Shown here piece by piece: positions 50,128 through 59,967 of a DNA stretch of 64,000 nt. This stretch comes from Candidatus Heimdallarchaeota archaeon (GTDB taxonomy: Archaea > Asgardarchaeota > Heimdallarchaeia > Hodarchaeales > Hodarchaeaceae). The notes beneath the pieces are model-generated. The model saw only the letters and a list, made by a program, of their open reading frames with translations. It ran no database searches and was not told where the DNA came from. Positions within the stretch are counted from its first letter, which is position 1; each line of letters opens with the position of its first letter. The position numbers were made by a program, and so were the translations under genes. Location of the stretch: positions 32,001-96,000 of the forward strand of contig RDOB01000007.1 of the NCBI GenBank assembly GCA_011364965.1, read 5' to 3'.

Positions 50128-51378
50128 ATGAATTTAAGCGGAGTTCCTTACCCAATGGACGAAAAAAATTCCTCTAATCAACATGATGAACCCAATAAAG
50201 AACATCCTGTTGAAAAAAGGATTGATGACGACGATCGTTTTGATGAAATGGAGGAATTCGCCCTAAAGGTTCGAGTTGAGCTTGAGGATGCGTTAACAGG
50301 ACGGGATGACTATTTACATCTCCTAGAGGATGTTTATGACCTTTCTGACAAAATGCCTAAAAAATATCGGGATGAATTTCATCGTTTTCGTTTGTTGAGT
50401 GCGGAGAACACTGAAGAAATTCATATGATCTCCTGCTTTTTAAGCAGTGGAAAACCATTATTTGATTACTCTGTGTCAGAAAAAGTGGATCCTGAGAAAT
50501 CTCATGGACTAATATTGAATGCGATTAAAAACTATGTTCGTTATAAGCTAGGTGAATTGTTAGAAATTCTCACATTAGAAACATATTCAATTCACCTGTT
50601 TCTTGCAGAAAAAACATATATAATAAGCATTATTACCTCCAAAAATCTCCCTCGAGATAAAATTGCCCCGCTTGCAATCCAAATGGCTCGAACATTGAAG
50701 TATTATCCTAATGAAACACCTTATACCAATAAAGAATTAAAAGGCGATTTGGATCGTGCAATTAGCGCAACAATTAGTACACTTGTCAAAGAACAACACA
50801 CGCTAAAGATTATCTTAATTGGTGATGGAGCGGTTGGAAAAACTTCAATCAGACGTAGATATCTTGGCGAGGGGTTTAAAGATGATTACCAGATGACCAT
50901 TGGAGCAGATTTAGCAGCAAAAGCTGCACCAACCATTTATGCCGGCGGAAAACAAATCAAATATTTAATTTGGGATCTTGCGGGGCAACCTCGATTCAAT
51001 CACGTCAGAAAAGCTTACTACATGTCTGCAGTTGGCGCCTTGGTTGTTTTTGATATAACTCGACCCGAAAGTTTTCAGAACATAGTAACCTGGATGAACG
51101 AACTATGGAGACATAACGGACGAGGTCCAGTACCATTAGTTGTTTTGGGTAATAAAACGGATTTATGCGAACAAGGTCTCACCTGTGTGCCAGAGGAAAA
51201 AGCTTTTACGTTTATTAGGCGTTTATCAGATCTCTCACATAAATATAAGGGTTTCAAGATTCATTTTCTACCCACAAGCGCAAAGACTGGATTGAATATA
51301 GATAAAGCCTTTGAACTGCTTGGAGAAGCTATTATGGACTTCTTAGGGTCAAGTAAAAACTCAAGAAAACAAATCTAA
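50128..51378 (+). CDS. Rab-like small GTPase fused to an N-terminal longin-like domain
   Basis: GDGAVGKT, YQMTIGAD, WDLAGQ, YY..A.GALVVFDIT, NKTD, TSAK; N-terminal SSGKPLF longin-type pattern. Confidence 0.88.
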   Translation: MNLSGVPYPMDEKNSSNQHDEPNKEHPVEKRIDDDDRFDEMEEFALKVRVELEDALTGRDDYLHLLEDVYDLSDKMPKKYRDEFHRFRLLSAENTEEIHMISCFLSSGKPLFDYSVSEKVDPEKSHGLILNAIKNYVRYKLGELLEILTLETYSIHLFLAEKTYIISIITSKNLPRDKIAPLAIQMARTLKYYPNETPYTNKELKGDLDRAISATISTLVKEQHTLKIILIGDGAVGKTSIRRRYLGEGFKDDYQMTIGADLAAKAAPTIYAGGKQIKYLIWDLAGQPRFNHVRKAYYMSAVGALVVFDITRPESFQNIVTWMNELWRHNGRGPVPLVVLGNKTDLCEQGLTCVPEEKAFTFIRRLSDLSHKYKGFKIHFLPTSAKTGLNIDKAFELLGEAIMDFLGSSKNSRKQI

Positions 51379-51515
51379 TAATCAGATTGATACAGTCCTT
51401 CCTTATTCTGAGGCTTTATTAAGTGAAATTGGGAAGTTTTCCTCAGATAGAATAATCACGTTAATATATGTATTCACAAAAAATACTATGTGAATCCGAA
51501 CATTGGTGCAAAAAA

Positions 51516-52256
51516 ATGGATCGAGATTTTATTTTAGCCCGAGAAGCACAACTAGTCTACTCTAATTCTGCTGCTTCTGGCTTTAACCCTGTAGGAGACT
51601 CATTAGAAAAATGGCAAGGAACATTAACTTATACAACGAATCGTGGGCGTAATATGTTCACATTTGAGATATTCTTACCTGAATATTTTCCTAATGTTCC
51701 TCCTGTTGCTACTGCTATTGGATTTATGGATCATCCCAACATAGATAATGATGGATTTGTGCAATTACGGATTCTAGATAATTGGAGAGCGGAGTTTCAT
51801 CTTTATCAGGTAATTATTGCCTTAAAAAACCTCATGTCTAGAGTTCCTCCAACTCCGAGAGGTCAAACTGCCAAAACAGCAAGAGATGTTGTCTCAAGAA
51901 TTACCCAAGCTCCTCCACAGCAGGAACCAGTACAAGCACGAAGTGAAGCAGAAAGTACGGCTCTTCGAATGGAACTTACTGCTATAAATCAGCAACTTAG
52001 AGAAAAAGAAGAAGAGATTGCCAGATTACGTGCGCGACAAGTAATTCATTCCGAACCTTCTTCTACTAGTCGTCCCCACCTTTCTGCTGTCGAAGAGCTT
52101 GAATCTGAAAAAATTGCAACCTCAGATCTACTAGCTGCACTAGAAGATCGTTATGCTAGCGGAGAAATTTCAATTTTTGAATATTCTAGATTGTATAAAA
52201 AATATTCCAAAGAATTATACGTATTGAAAAAAGAACTTGAGTATCTTGGAAGGTAA
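51516..52256 (+). CDS. vps23: ESCRT-I Vps23/TSG101 homolog (UEV, Pro-rich, coiled coil, steadiness box)
   Basis: E2-like fold lacking the catalytic Cys (HPNIDNDGFVQL); C-terminal LEDRYASGEISIFEY. Confidence 0.88.
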   Translation: MDRDFILAREAQLVYSNSAASGFNPVGDSLEKWQGTLTYTTNRGRNMFTFEIFLPEYFPNVPPVATAIGFMDHPNIDNDGFVQLRILDNWRAEFHLYQVIIALKNLMSRVPPTPRGQTAKTARDVVSRITQAPPQQEPVQARSEAESTALRMELTAINQQLREKEEEIARLRARQVIHSEPSSTSRPHLSAVEELESEKIATSDLLAALEDRYASGEISIFEYSRLYKKYSKELYVLKKELEYLGR

Positions 52257-52262
52257 TATTCA

Positions 52263-52883
52263 ATGAGTTTCCCAGAAAATCTGTCAAAACAATGGACCCT
52301 CGAAGGACAGCTCTATGCCTGCATAGGTACATTAGATTTACTTTCACGTACTTTTGAAAAAGGAGAACTCGACCCGAATATTTTTCATAAACAGCATAAA
52401 AACTTACTTACGAGTATTGTTGCCACTCGTTCAGCTTTATCTGAATATCATTTTGATCTTGACGATTTTATAGAAAAAGAGAATCTACAGCAGCTTTATC
52501 CCCTTGGATTAGAAAAATTACGGAAAACTGAAGGAACCGATGATAATAGTAGAAATCAAATTGATTATTCGCAAATCAAACGCTTACCTGCATTTGCAGC
52601 AGAATTTGTAGCAAATGCGATAGAATTGCTTGATTTACTGAAACTTGAAGCAATTGCCACAGTAGATCGCATTCTTCCATATCTTGATGAATTATTTGCC
52701 ATTTTATCTCAAATATCAGTATATGGAAACTCACATTGGGTAAGTCAAGATATTAATCAATGGATTGAGTGGATGGATAGAAAAAAACCTGGTATTTTAC
52801 TTAAGGAAGATGATCTGAAAAAACTTGAACTTCAAGTTGCAAGATGGCTCTCTGATTTCAGACGTGAATTAAATAATCTTTAA
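52263..52883 (+). CDS. vps28: ESCRT-I Vps28 homolog
   Basis: LYACI.TLD.L...F, AEFVAN.I.LLD.LKL...VDRI.PYL.EL. Confidence 0.9.
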   Translation: MSFPENLSKQWTLEGQLYACIGTLDLLSRTFEKGELDPNIFHKQHKNLLTSIVATRSALSEYHFDLDDFIEKENLQQLYPLGLEKLRKTEGTDDNSRNQIDYSQIKRLPAFAAEFVANAIELLDLLKLEAIATVDRILPYLDELFAILSQISVYGNSHWVSQDINQWIEWMDRKKPGILLKEDDLKKLELQVARWLSDFRRELNNL

Positions 52884-52899
52884 CTCTCCTCTTTTTCCC

Positions 52900-54246
52900 C
52901 TAATTAAGTAAGTTTGTTTTTCCAGTTCTAATAAGAAGTTCAGTAATTGCCTCATTAATTTTAGCTAATTCTAATTCAAATTCTTTGATGAGCTCAAAAT
53001 AATCTCGACTAGCAACTTTCTTCCGTCCTTCTTTTAGCTCTTGAAGTGCTCTTTCGTTCGCCAGTTTTCGAATTCTTAGGTCTCGGAGTCTATCATCAAG
53101 AACCCCAGTTACAAAATCTGGTTCTTCTTTCATCTGTGAGCTGGAATCCTTCTTACTCTTCCCATCATTCATTTCTGATTGGAAATTAATAGCGGAGAGA
53201 ATTTTTTCTTGAAAAATTTCGGAAGACCAATCTCGGAATGGTTCATGTACATAAATATCACTCGGACGACCATAATAGGCTAATTGAAGAGCATCAAAAA
53301 TCCGCATGAGGGTTTTATGGTCAGATCTAAGTTCATAATCATGTTTAATCGTAGTGATTTGTAAAGTATCCCTTTTAATGAATCCTGAGGTAGCTTTCTT
53401 TTGAACATCGATCAGATCTTCAGGGGGAAATTCATCGTATATCACGGCTTTTTGTCCAACAATATTCGTTCTTTTCTTTTGAAACATAACAATACGATCT
53501 GTTGTAATTGATAGATCAATGGGTGTTTTTCTAATGCGACCATTATGCAATTCAATCCCTGAAAAGAATCCTATACCCAATTCACCTGGAATGAAGAAAA
53601 AAATGTCGAAGTAACGGCCTAATTCTTTAGCCATCTGGTCAAATTCATCACATTTTGTTTCAAGAAGGTTAATCATTTCATGAATAGGTTCCAGTTTATT
53701 CAAAACGGTCTGATCAAAGCTAGTGACCTGTTTTTGGAATAATGAAATTTGAAGTGACAGATTTCGATGATCAGTGAAGGCCTCCTCCAGTCCCATAACA
53801 CTTCGGTATAATCGTTTAAGCTTAGCTGCGAATTCTAGGAACTCAGTTAGAACAAAGCTTTCAATTTTTTTGGTCTCAAGAAATATCTGATCAATTTCAT
53901 TTCTTGGATTTAGGAATTGTTTCTTGTATTCCTTTAATCGTGTATCAAGATGCCCTGTCCGTTTAAGTGCAAGAACTGGCCGATATCCAACCTGTTTCAA
54001 TGATTTTTTTAATTCAAAAATAACTTCCACAGCTTCAGCTTTCGGTCCATTTTCTATTGGAGAAGGTTCTATTTCACTAGAACCACATGGACATTTAAGT
54101 CCCCTGCCATTAATTTCTAAATGGGACGCACATTTCTGACAGAAGGAAGCTCCGCATCGTACGCACTTCTGGGAATCAGATTGACGAATCATAGAACCGC
54201 AAAAAGAGCAGTAAAGAGATATAATTTCAGTGACCAATCTCATCAT
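52900..54246 (-). CDS. FYVE-like Zn finger, coiled coil, PH-like and steadiness-box-like protein
   Basis: 8-Cys N-terminus; LSITTDRIVMF PH/GRAM-type strand; C-terminal helical hairpin resembling the neighbouring Vps23 tail. Start is probably near 54246, not 54354. Confidence 0.65.
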   Translation of the reverse strand: MMRLVTEIISLYCSFCGSMIRQSDSQKCVRCGASFCQKCASHLEINGRGLKCPCGSSEIEPSPIENGPKAEAVEVIFELKKSLKQVGYRPVLALKRTGHLDTRLKEYKKQFLNPRNEIDQIFLETKKIESFVLTEFLEFAAKLKRLYRSVMGLEEAFTDHRNLSLQISLFQKQVTSFDQTVLNKLEPIHEMINLLETKCDEFDQMAKELGRYFDIFFFIPGELGIGFFSGIELHNGRIRKTPIDLSITTDRIVMFQKKRTNIVGQKAVIYDEFPPEDLIDVQKKATSGFIKRDTLQITTIKHDYELRSDHKTLMRIFDALQLAYYGRPSDIYVHEPFRDWSSEIFQEKILSAINFQSEMNDGKSKKDSSSQMKEEPDFVTGVLDDRLRDLRIRKLANERALQELKEGRKKVASRDYFELIKEFELELAKINEAITELLIRTGKTNLLN

Positions 54247-54520
54247 CACGTGAGTCCCAGTATGAATAATCCTAACTTTGTTATTTTTAAGCATACAAAT
54301 TCTTGTCATGATATGACGAGATACAAATTGGATGAGTAATGTCAGAATTAACAAAAGCTCTATAAAATTAAATGAATTACAGGAAAGCTCCCTTAAGATG
54401 GTTATTTGACTCCAAATTAGAATGAGAACTGATATTAGGTATCGAATTCTAAAGGATTATAAATTCAATCGAATATACTTCGTTTGAGATTTATCTCTAT
54501 TCAATAGGATAGCTTGTAAT

Positions 54521-55237
54521 ATGGGATTACGGAATATTGAAGACAAACTCAGTCGAGAGGCCGAGATGAAACGAAAAGGAGCAGAATTGGCAATTAAATC
54601 CCTAGAAGAGATGAGTAAAAAGGTTCAAAACCTCCATAGAGATTTAGAAAAATTAGAAAATAAATTTGAGGCTGATTTTAAAAAGAATCCAGAACTAGCT
54701 CAACATCTTATGTCTATTAGGGAAGAGCTGGGATTACCTCTATCCATCGGACTCTATGAAGTTGGGCCCAAACCTAGTTTTAAAGATCGGCTGACAGGGA
54801 AGGATGAGTTCCATAATTATCTAGCTCTTCGTATTCTGGAAATAGGTAATAAGCTTAGAACGAAAACTGGAGGAATTGTTAGCGCTTCAGAGTTAATTTT
54901 GCGAATAAATGAAGAAAATAAGGGAATAACAATAGGAATTTCGGATCTCATGAAATCCCTAGACCTTTTGAAGCAAAATGGAATGATCCATTCTATTCGT
55001 GAATATTCAGGATTAAGAGTAATTGAATTTATAGATCCGAATCTTTCAGATGATCACCATAAATTATTAGAAATCGGTGCTCGCTTCCGTGGAGAAATAA
55101 GTTTAACTGATTTGATAAGAGAATCAGGGTGGTCTCTAGAGCGAATAAACCAATCCATCAATAGTTTAATAAACCAGAAAATCGCTGTGAAGTCGGAAAC
55201 CCTTGATGGAATTATTATTTCATTCCCTGGCCTTTAA
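54521..55237 (+). CDS. vps22: ESCRT-II Vps22/36 (EAP30-domain) homolog
   Basis: MGL..I, KKNPE, FHNYLALRILEI....R..TGG, tandem winged helices, FPGL terminus. Confidence 0.9.
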   Translation: MGLRNIEDKLSREAEMKRKGAELAIKSLEEMSKKVQNLHRDLEKLENKFEADFKKNPELAQHLMSIREELGLPLSIGLYEVGPKPSFKDRLTGKDEFHNYLALRILEIGNKLRTKTGGIVSASELILRINEENKGITIGISDLMKSLDLLKQNGMIHSIREYSGLRVIEFIDPNLSDDHHKLLEIGARFRGEISLTDLIRESGWSLERINQSINSLINQKIAVKSETLDGIIISFPGL

Positions 55238-55492
55238 GTTATCTGTTTTTCACATTCAATACCTGTTCCAATTTTTTCTTCCTGATTCTTTTCATTCAAT
55301 TCTGGAAACAACGGAGTTATGTTAAGTAAGGCGTTCAAATATGCTACTTATGGGAAGTTTTAATAAGAGCAAAGCTGAGTATAACTTGAAGAGCTACTTA
55401 AAACTTAAAATCAATATGATTACCAATAAATAAAATCAAAAGTTTTGTTACCAAAAGTAATAAAAAACCAAGAATAGTGAGATGAATAAATC

Positions 55493-56155
55493 GTGAAACG
55501 ATTCAAAGGCTTCCTTACTGGAAAAAAACCAAGTTCGTCCACAGAAACGAAAGCTAAATTAAAACGGACAATTAATCAGATGGAAGTGAAAATTAAAAAT
55601 TATAATCGCCAAGCAGATGAACAATACGAGCTAGCACGCAATCTCTTGAAATCGGGGAATAAAACAGGAGCACAACAGGCATTAAAACGACGAGAGTTAT
55701 ATCTAACGCAAATTACAAATACACATGCTAAAATTGCTAATCTTCAGCGTACTATAGATACTTTAGATGTATCTGCAGACAATGTGTCGTTAACACAAAC
55801 TCTTGGGGAAGCTCAAGTTGCAATTGATCAAAATATAGCTTCAGCATCCCCCGAAAAAACTGAAGAAATCATGATGGCTTTGGAGGATTCAATAGAACAA
55901 GTTTCAGATATGGAGGAAGCATTAACAGACACTACAATCACCGAGATAGGGATGGATGTGGAAGTTGATGATCGGATTTCTGCCCAAATGGCAGAATTAG
56001 AAGCTGAAATTGCTTCAGGCTCTCTTCCAAGTACTGGTGTGAGAACATCAGAACCCCCCATTCCAGTAAGTTCTGATACACCGGAAAAGAGGGAAGCTGA
56101 GAAGAAAAAGATAGATGAGATGCGGAAACAGATTGAAGAAGGGTTGAGATCTTAA
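55493..56155 (+). CDS. ESCRT-III Vps20/32/60 (Snf7-type)
   Basis: K.GNK.GA.QALKRR.LY, acidic C-terminal half, LP/PP segments. Confidence 0.9.
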   Translation: MKRFKGFLTGKKPSSSTETKAKLKRTINQMEVKIKNYNRQADEQYELARNLLKSGNKTGAQQALKRRELYLTQITNTHAKIANLQRTIDTLDVSADNVSLTQTLGEAQVAIDQNIASASPEKTEEIMMALEDSIEQVSDMEEALTDTTITEIGMDVEVDDRISAQMAELEAEIASGSLPSTGVRTSEPPIPVSSDTPEKREAEKKKIDEMRKQIEEGLRS

Positions 56156-56157
56156 AA

Positions 56158-56769
56158 ATGGTATTTGATAAATTCGGAAATTGGTTGAAAGGAGGAAGTA
56201 ACAGCCAGAACACTCGGAAATGGATTGTTCGTCTACGTATGGTCGAGAAACGTATGGTCAGGCAGCGAAACAAGCTGATAAAAGAAGAAAGACAAATGTT
56301 AAAAGAAGTTGAGCATGCTATCGAACAAGGTGATATGTCTACAGCTCGTTTATTAGCTCGTGATGTCGCTAAAAATCGATCCATGGCCCGAGGTTGTCAA
56401 CAAATGGCCAGTCGTGTGAAAGCAATCAAATTTAAACTTGAACAAGCTGCAGCAACCCAAGCCATTGGGAAAGATCTGAAAGGACTCGTCCGTACTCTAC
56501 ACACTATGAATGCTCAGTTGAAAATACCCCAACTTGAAGGTGTTCTACAACAAATGGAAATCGAAACTGAACGTATTGACATTGCCACAGAGGCTATGGA
56601 TGAAGGTTTCGAGATGATGACTACAAGTGAAGAAGAGGATGAAGTGGTGGATAAGATAATAGGAGAATTGAGTGCTTCTAAAGCAGCAACAGCTGATTTC
56701 GGGCTACCTTCCCCTGATATCCGCTCTCAAGAGCTCCAAAAAGAACTTGAAAAGATAAAAAAGGGATAA
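56158..56769 (+). CDS. ESCRT-III Vps2/24/46-type
   Basis: GD..TARLLARDV, EEEDEVVDKIIGE, LPSP, MIM1-like ELQKELEKIK. Confidence 0.92.
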   Translation: MVFDKFGNWLKGGSNSQNTRKWIVRLRMVEKRMVRQRNKLIKEERQMLKEVEHAIEQGDMSTARLLARDVAKNRSMARGCQQMASRVKAIKFKLEQAAATQAIGKDLKGLVRTLHTMNAQLKIPQLEGVLQQMEIETERIDIATEAMDEGFEMMTTSEEEDEVVDKIIGELSASKAATADFGLPSPDIRSQELQKELEKIKKG

Positions 56770-56839
56770 ATTCCTCCCCTCTCTTTTCCTTTCAGAATTT
56801 CACCTTAATCTCTAAAAAAAATTTATTAGTGGATGAATT

Positions 56840-57985
56840 ATGAGTTCCCCTTTATTCGAAGCAGCAAAGAAGAATGCAGAAAGAGCATATCAGCTCGATC
56901 AAAGTGGCCAGAGTCATCAAGCAGTTAGATATTATGTTAATGCCGCAGAACAGCTTCAACAGCTAATTAATTTTACTGATGATCCTAATATGAAGAATTT
57001 ATACTTTCAGAAAGCAATGGAGTATATTTTAAGGGTAAAAGAAATACGTGGAATTATTGAACCCTCTGAAAACAAACCTAGATCTTCTAGGGCTCCTCCC
57101 GAAGAATCAGATGAGATTTCAGATGCTATTTCGAGTGTAATTGTAAGAGAAAAACCCAATGTGAGGTGGGAAGATGTTGCAGGAATGGAAGAAGCAAAAC
57201 GTGCCCTTAGGGAAGCAATAATCTTACCAATGACACGTCCTGATTTGTTTAAGGGTTCACGTAAACCTTGGAAGGGTGTATTAATGTTTGGACCACCAGG
57301 TTGTGGAAAAACCTATTTGTGCAAGGCCGTTGCATCAGAAGTAGAATCAACCTTTTTTTCTGTCAGTGCAGCGAATCTTATTAGTAAATGGTTAGGAGAA
57401 TCAGAAAAACTCGTGAATGAGTTATACGAACGAGCAGTTGAAGAAGCTCCTTCAATTATATTTTTCGATGAAATCGATGCGTTAGCAAGTGCAAGGGGAG
57501 GAGCATCGGAAAATGAAGCAATGCGACGGGTTAAAACTCAATTATTGCAAGCTGTAGAAGGTTTTGCAACAGGTGATGAGTTACTAGTCACAGTTGGAGC
57601 CACTAATACACCATGGGATATTGATGCGGCAATGAGACGCAGATTTGAAAGAAGAGTTTACATTACATTACCCACTTCAGAAGCTCGAGAAAAAATGTTT
57701 CAGATTCATACACGAGGAGTCGATCTAGCCTCTGGTGTGAATTTTTCTGAGCTATCTTCCTATACTGCTGGATATACAGCTGCAGATATAGCGTTATTAT
57801 GTCGCGAGGCTTTGATGCGCCCGATTCGAGAACTAGATGCCGAAGGTGCACTCAAAGATTTGAGTGTGCAACCCCGGGCACCAGATATTGACGATTTTCT
57901 TCAAGGAATGGAGCACATTAAACCCTCCGTCTCACCTAAAGAGTTAGCAAGATATGAAGATTGGAGAGACCAGTTTGGAGGATAG
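56840..57985 (+). CDS. vps4: Vps4 AAA ATPase with MIT domain
   Basis: MIT helices, EKPNVRWEDVAG, GPPGCGKT, SKWLGESEK, FFDEID, RRRFERR. Confidence 0.96.
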   Translation: MSSPLFEAAKKNAERAYQLDQSGQSHQAVRYYVNAAEQLQQLINFTDDPNMKNLYFQKAMEYILRVKEIRGIIEPSENKPRSSRAPPEESDEISDAISSVIVREKPNVRWEDVAGMEEAKRALREAIILPMTRPDLFKGSRKPWKGVLMFGPPGCGKTYLCKAVASEVESTFFSVSAANLISKWLGESEKLVNELYERAVEEAPSIIFFDEIDALASARGGASENEAMRRVKTQLLQAVEGFATGDELLVTVGATNTPWDIDAAMRRRFERRVYITLPTSEAREKMFQIHTRGVDLASGVNFSELSSYTAGYTAADIALLCREALMRPIRELDAEGALKDLSVQPRAPDIDDFLQGMEHIKPSVSPKELARYEDWRDQFGG

Positions 57986-58017
57986 GCCTTTTTTTGGATT
58001 TCTAGGAGTACAAGTAA

Positions 58018-58797
58018 ATGGCTGAAGTCCAACGTGAAAGAAAAAAGAAAAAAACCAAGGAAAAAACATCAGAAACAGTCGATACTCTTGCAGCAATATT
58101 GGATGAGGTCACAAAACCCGAGGAACCTAAATTTGAGCCAGATTTAACAAAAATCCAGCAAAAAATAATCCATTCATCCCAATCTAGCCAAAATAAACAG
58201 ATTTCTCTCCCAGAAATTTCTATTCAAGTTTCTTCTGAAAAAGAGGAAATGGAATCTCAACTTGTCCCTGGAAAGGTTGATGTTCGAATAAAACCTATAC
58301 TTCCCTCATGGGTACAAAAACCTTGGAGATGGATGGTACCTGAAGAACCTAATTTGAAACAGCAGTGGCTTTTAACTTGGGGGGAATTTATTTTAGACTT
58401 TTCGCGAGTCCTCAATCTCCATATAATTGATTTACAGGAGATCAGCCTTGTATATCCATTCCAAAATCAGATTCTGAATAAAAAACTTACGCTTCCCCAG
58501 TTGATAATGATTTCTGATCATTTAATCGAAATTGAGAAAGCAAAATGGTGGGATTCGGAAAAAACCCGTCTTCGTGTCTATTGGAAGACCTTAAATTCAT
58601 TTGCAGATGATTTATTTGAATTCGCGTTTCAGAATGGTTATGATATGGTAACTGCCTATGATATAGTCAAGATGAATCAATCGTGGTCAGATTTGCCTCC
58701 TTCTGATGTACGGGTACTTATGCGATTATTAGTTGAGTTGAAACGTGCCTCTTGGGCCGACTCAGATAAGAAAACCATTCAATTTCATTATGAGTAA
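58018..58797 (+). CDS. vps25: ESCRT-II Vps25 homolog with disordered N-terminal extension
   Basis: QQWLLTWGEFIL, PFQN..LNKKL, A.W, VYWKT...AD. Confidence 0.85.
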   Translation: MAEVQRERKKKKTKEKTSETVDTLAAILDEVTKPEEPKFEPDLTKIQQKIIHSSQSSQNKQISLPEISIQVSSEKEEMESQLVPGKVDVRIKPILPSWVQKPWRWMVPEEPNLKQQWLLTWGEFILDFSRVLNLHIIDLQEISLVYPFQNQILNKKLTLPQLIMISDHLIEIEKAKWWDSEKTRLRVYWKTLNSFADDLFEFAFQNGYDMVTAYDIVKMNQSWSDLPPSDVRVLMRLLVELKRASWADSDKKTIQFHYE

Positions 58798-58956
58798 TTT
58801 TTACTTCTATCTATGAATAGATTTTTTTTCTATTTTACATTTTACTTCTGTTTATTCTGAAAGGGGACAAACTCCAAAACTTCTTAACTCTTTTTTTTGT
58901 TGGATTCTATGAGAATATAAGAGTGATAAGCTGGAACTCTGAGGAATTACTATCAA

Positions 58957-59613
58957 ATGTTAAACCCTGATGATGAAGGGGAGCTATTGGCCCCCTTAGA
59001 GGATTATTTGAAGGCAGGCGTTCATATTGGTACATCTTCTGGGATGAAAAGTATGGACTGGGCAATTTATCGAACCAGGAGTGATGGGTTGTATGTTCTT
59101 GATGTTCATAAAACAGATGAACGCATCCGAGTAGCAGCAAAGTTCCTTGCTAGACAACAGGATATGAAAAGAGTCGTTGTATGCAGTGTACGTGCTTATG
59201 GGATATATCCTGTAGAAATGTTTGCGAAGGTTTCAGGTGCACAATCAATTACTGGCAGATTCATTCCTGGAATATTTACGAATCCTAGTATAAAAGGCAG
59301 AAATGATTATTTGGAACCAACAGCAGTTCTAATCACAGATCCTCACTTTGATCGTCAAGCATTGAAAGAGGCGTCACGTGTGGGAATCCCTGTGATCTCT
59401 CTTGTAGATACAGATAACGTGATTCGGTATGTTGATCTCGCGATTCCCTGTAACAATAAAGGCCGAAATTCTCTAGCAATGATATTCTGGTTGTTAACTA
59501 AGGAAATCCTACGAGAAAAAGGTGAATTAACACCAGAAAAAGACGCACAGCTTCGAATTGAGCTTTTCCGTGCACCTAGAGGACGCAGACCCCTTCAAGT
59601 GGGCGATATCTAA
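58957..59613 (+). CDS. rps2: 30S ribosomal protein uS2
   Basis: YLKAGVHIG, GRFIPG.FTNP, IPCNNKG. Confidence 0.98.
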   Translation: MLNPDDEGELLAPLEDYLKAGVHIGTSSGMKSMDWAIYRTRSDGLYVLDVHKTDERIRVAAKFLARQQDMKRVVVCSVRAYGIYPVEMFAKVSGAQSITGRFIPGIFTNPSIKGRNDYLEPTAVLITDPHFDRQALKEASRVGIPVISLVDTDNVIRYVDLAIPCNNKGRNSLAMIFWLLTKEILREKGELTPEKDAQLRIELFRAPRGRRPLQVGDI

Positions 59614-59636
59614 ATTTAATGAGGTGAAATCACACC

Positions 59637-59840
59637 ATGATGATTCCAATTCGCTGTTACACATGTGGGAAAGTCATTGCTCAATATTATGACGATTATA
59701 TCAACGGTTTAAAAGAAGGGAAATCCGCTCAAGAACTTCTGGATGAATTTGGCCTAGAAAGGTATTGTTGTCGTCGAATGCTAATAACACATGTAGAATT
59801 AATAGATGATATTCTTACATTCTCTAATCCGACCCGATAA
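59637..59840 (+). CDS. rpo10: RNA polymerase subunit Rpo10 (RpoN)
   Basis: MIPIRCYTCGK...RYCCRRM. Confidence 0.98.
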   Translation: MMIPIRCYTCGKVIAQYYDDYINGLKEGKSAQELLDEFGLERYCCRRMLITHVELIDDILTFSNPTR

Positions 59841-59967
59841 GTTGTTACTCTCCACCTGCTGCTAAGCTAGGGAAGTAATTTATTTACCAATTTATTTTCG
59901 AGTTTATTTACTAATTTCATATAGTATTGGTTGACAAGAAAAGGATAATCCCCGTTAAGGTGTCTTA

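Noticed and set aside
55938-56384. 148-aa antisense ORF and similar shadow ORFs in the track
   Set aside because: They lie opposite or out of frame with well-supported genes and have no independent motifs.
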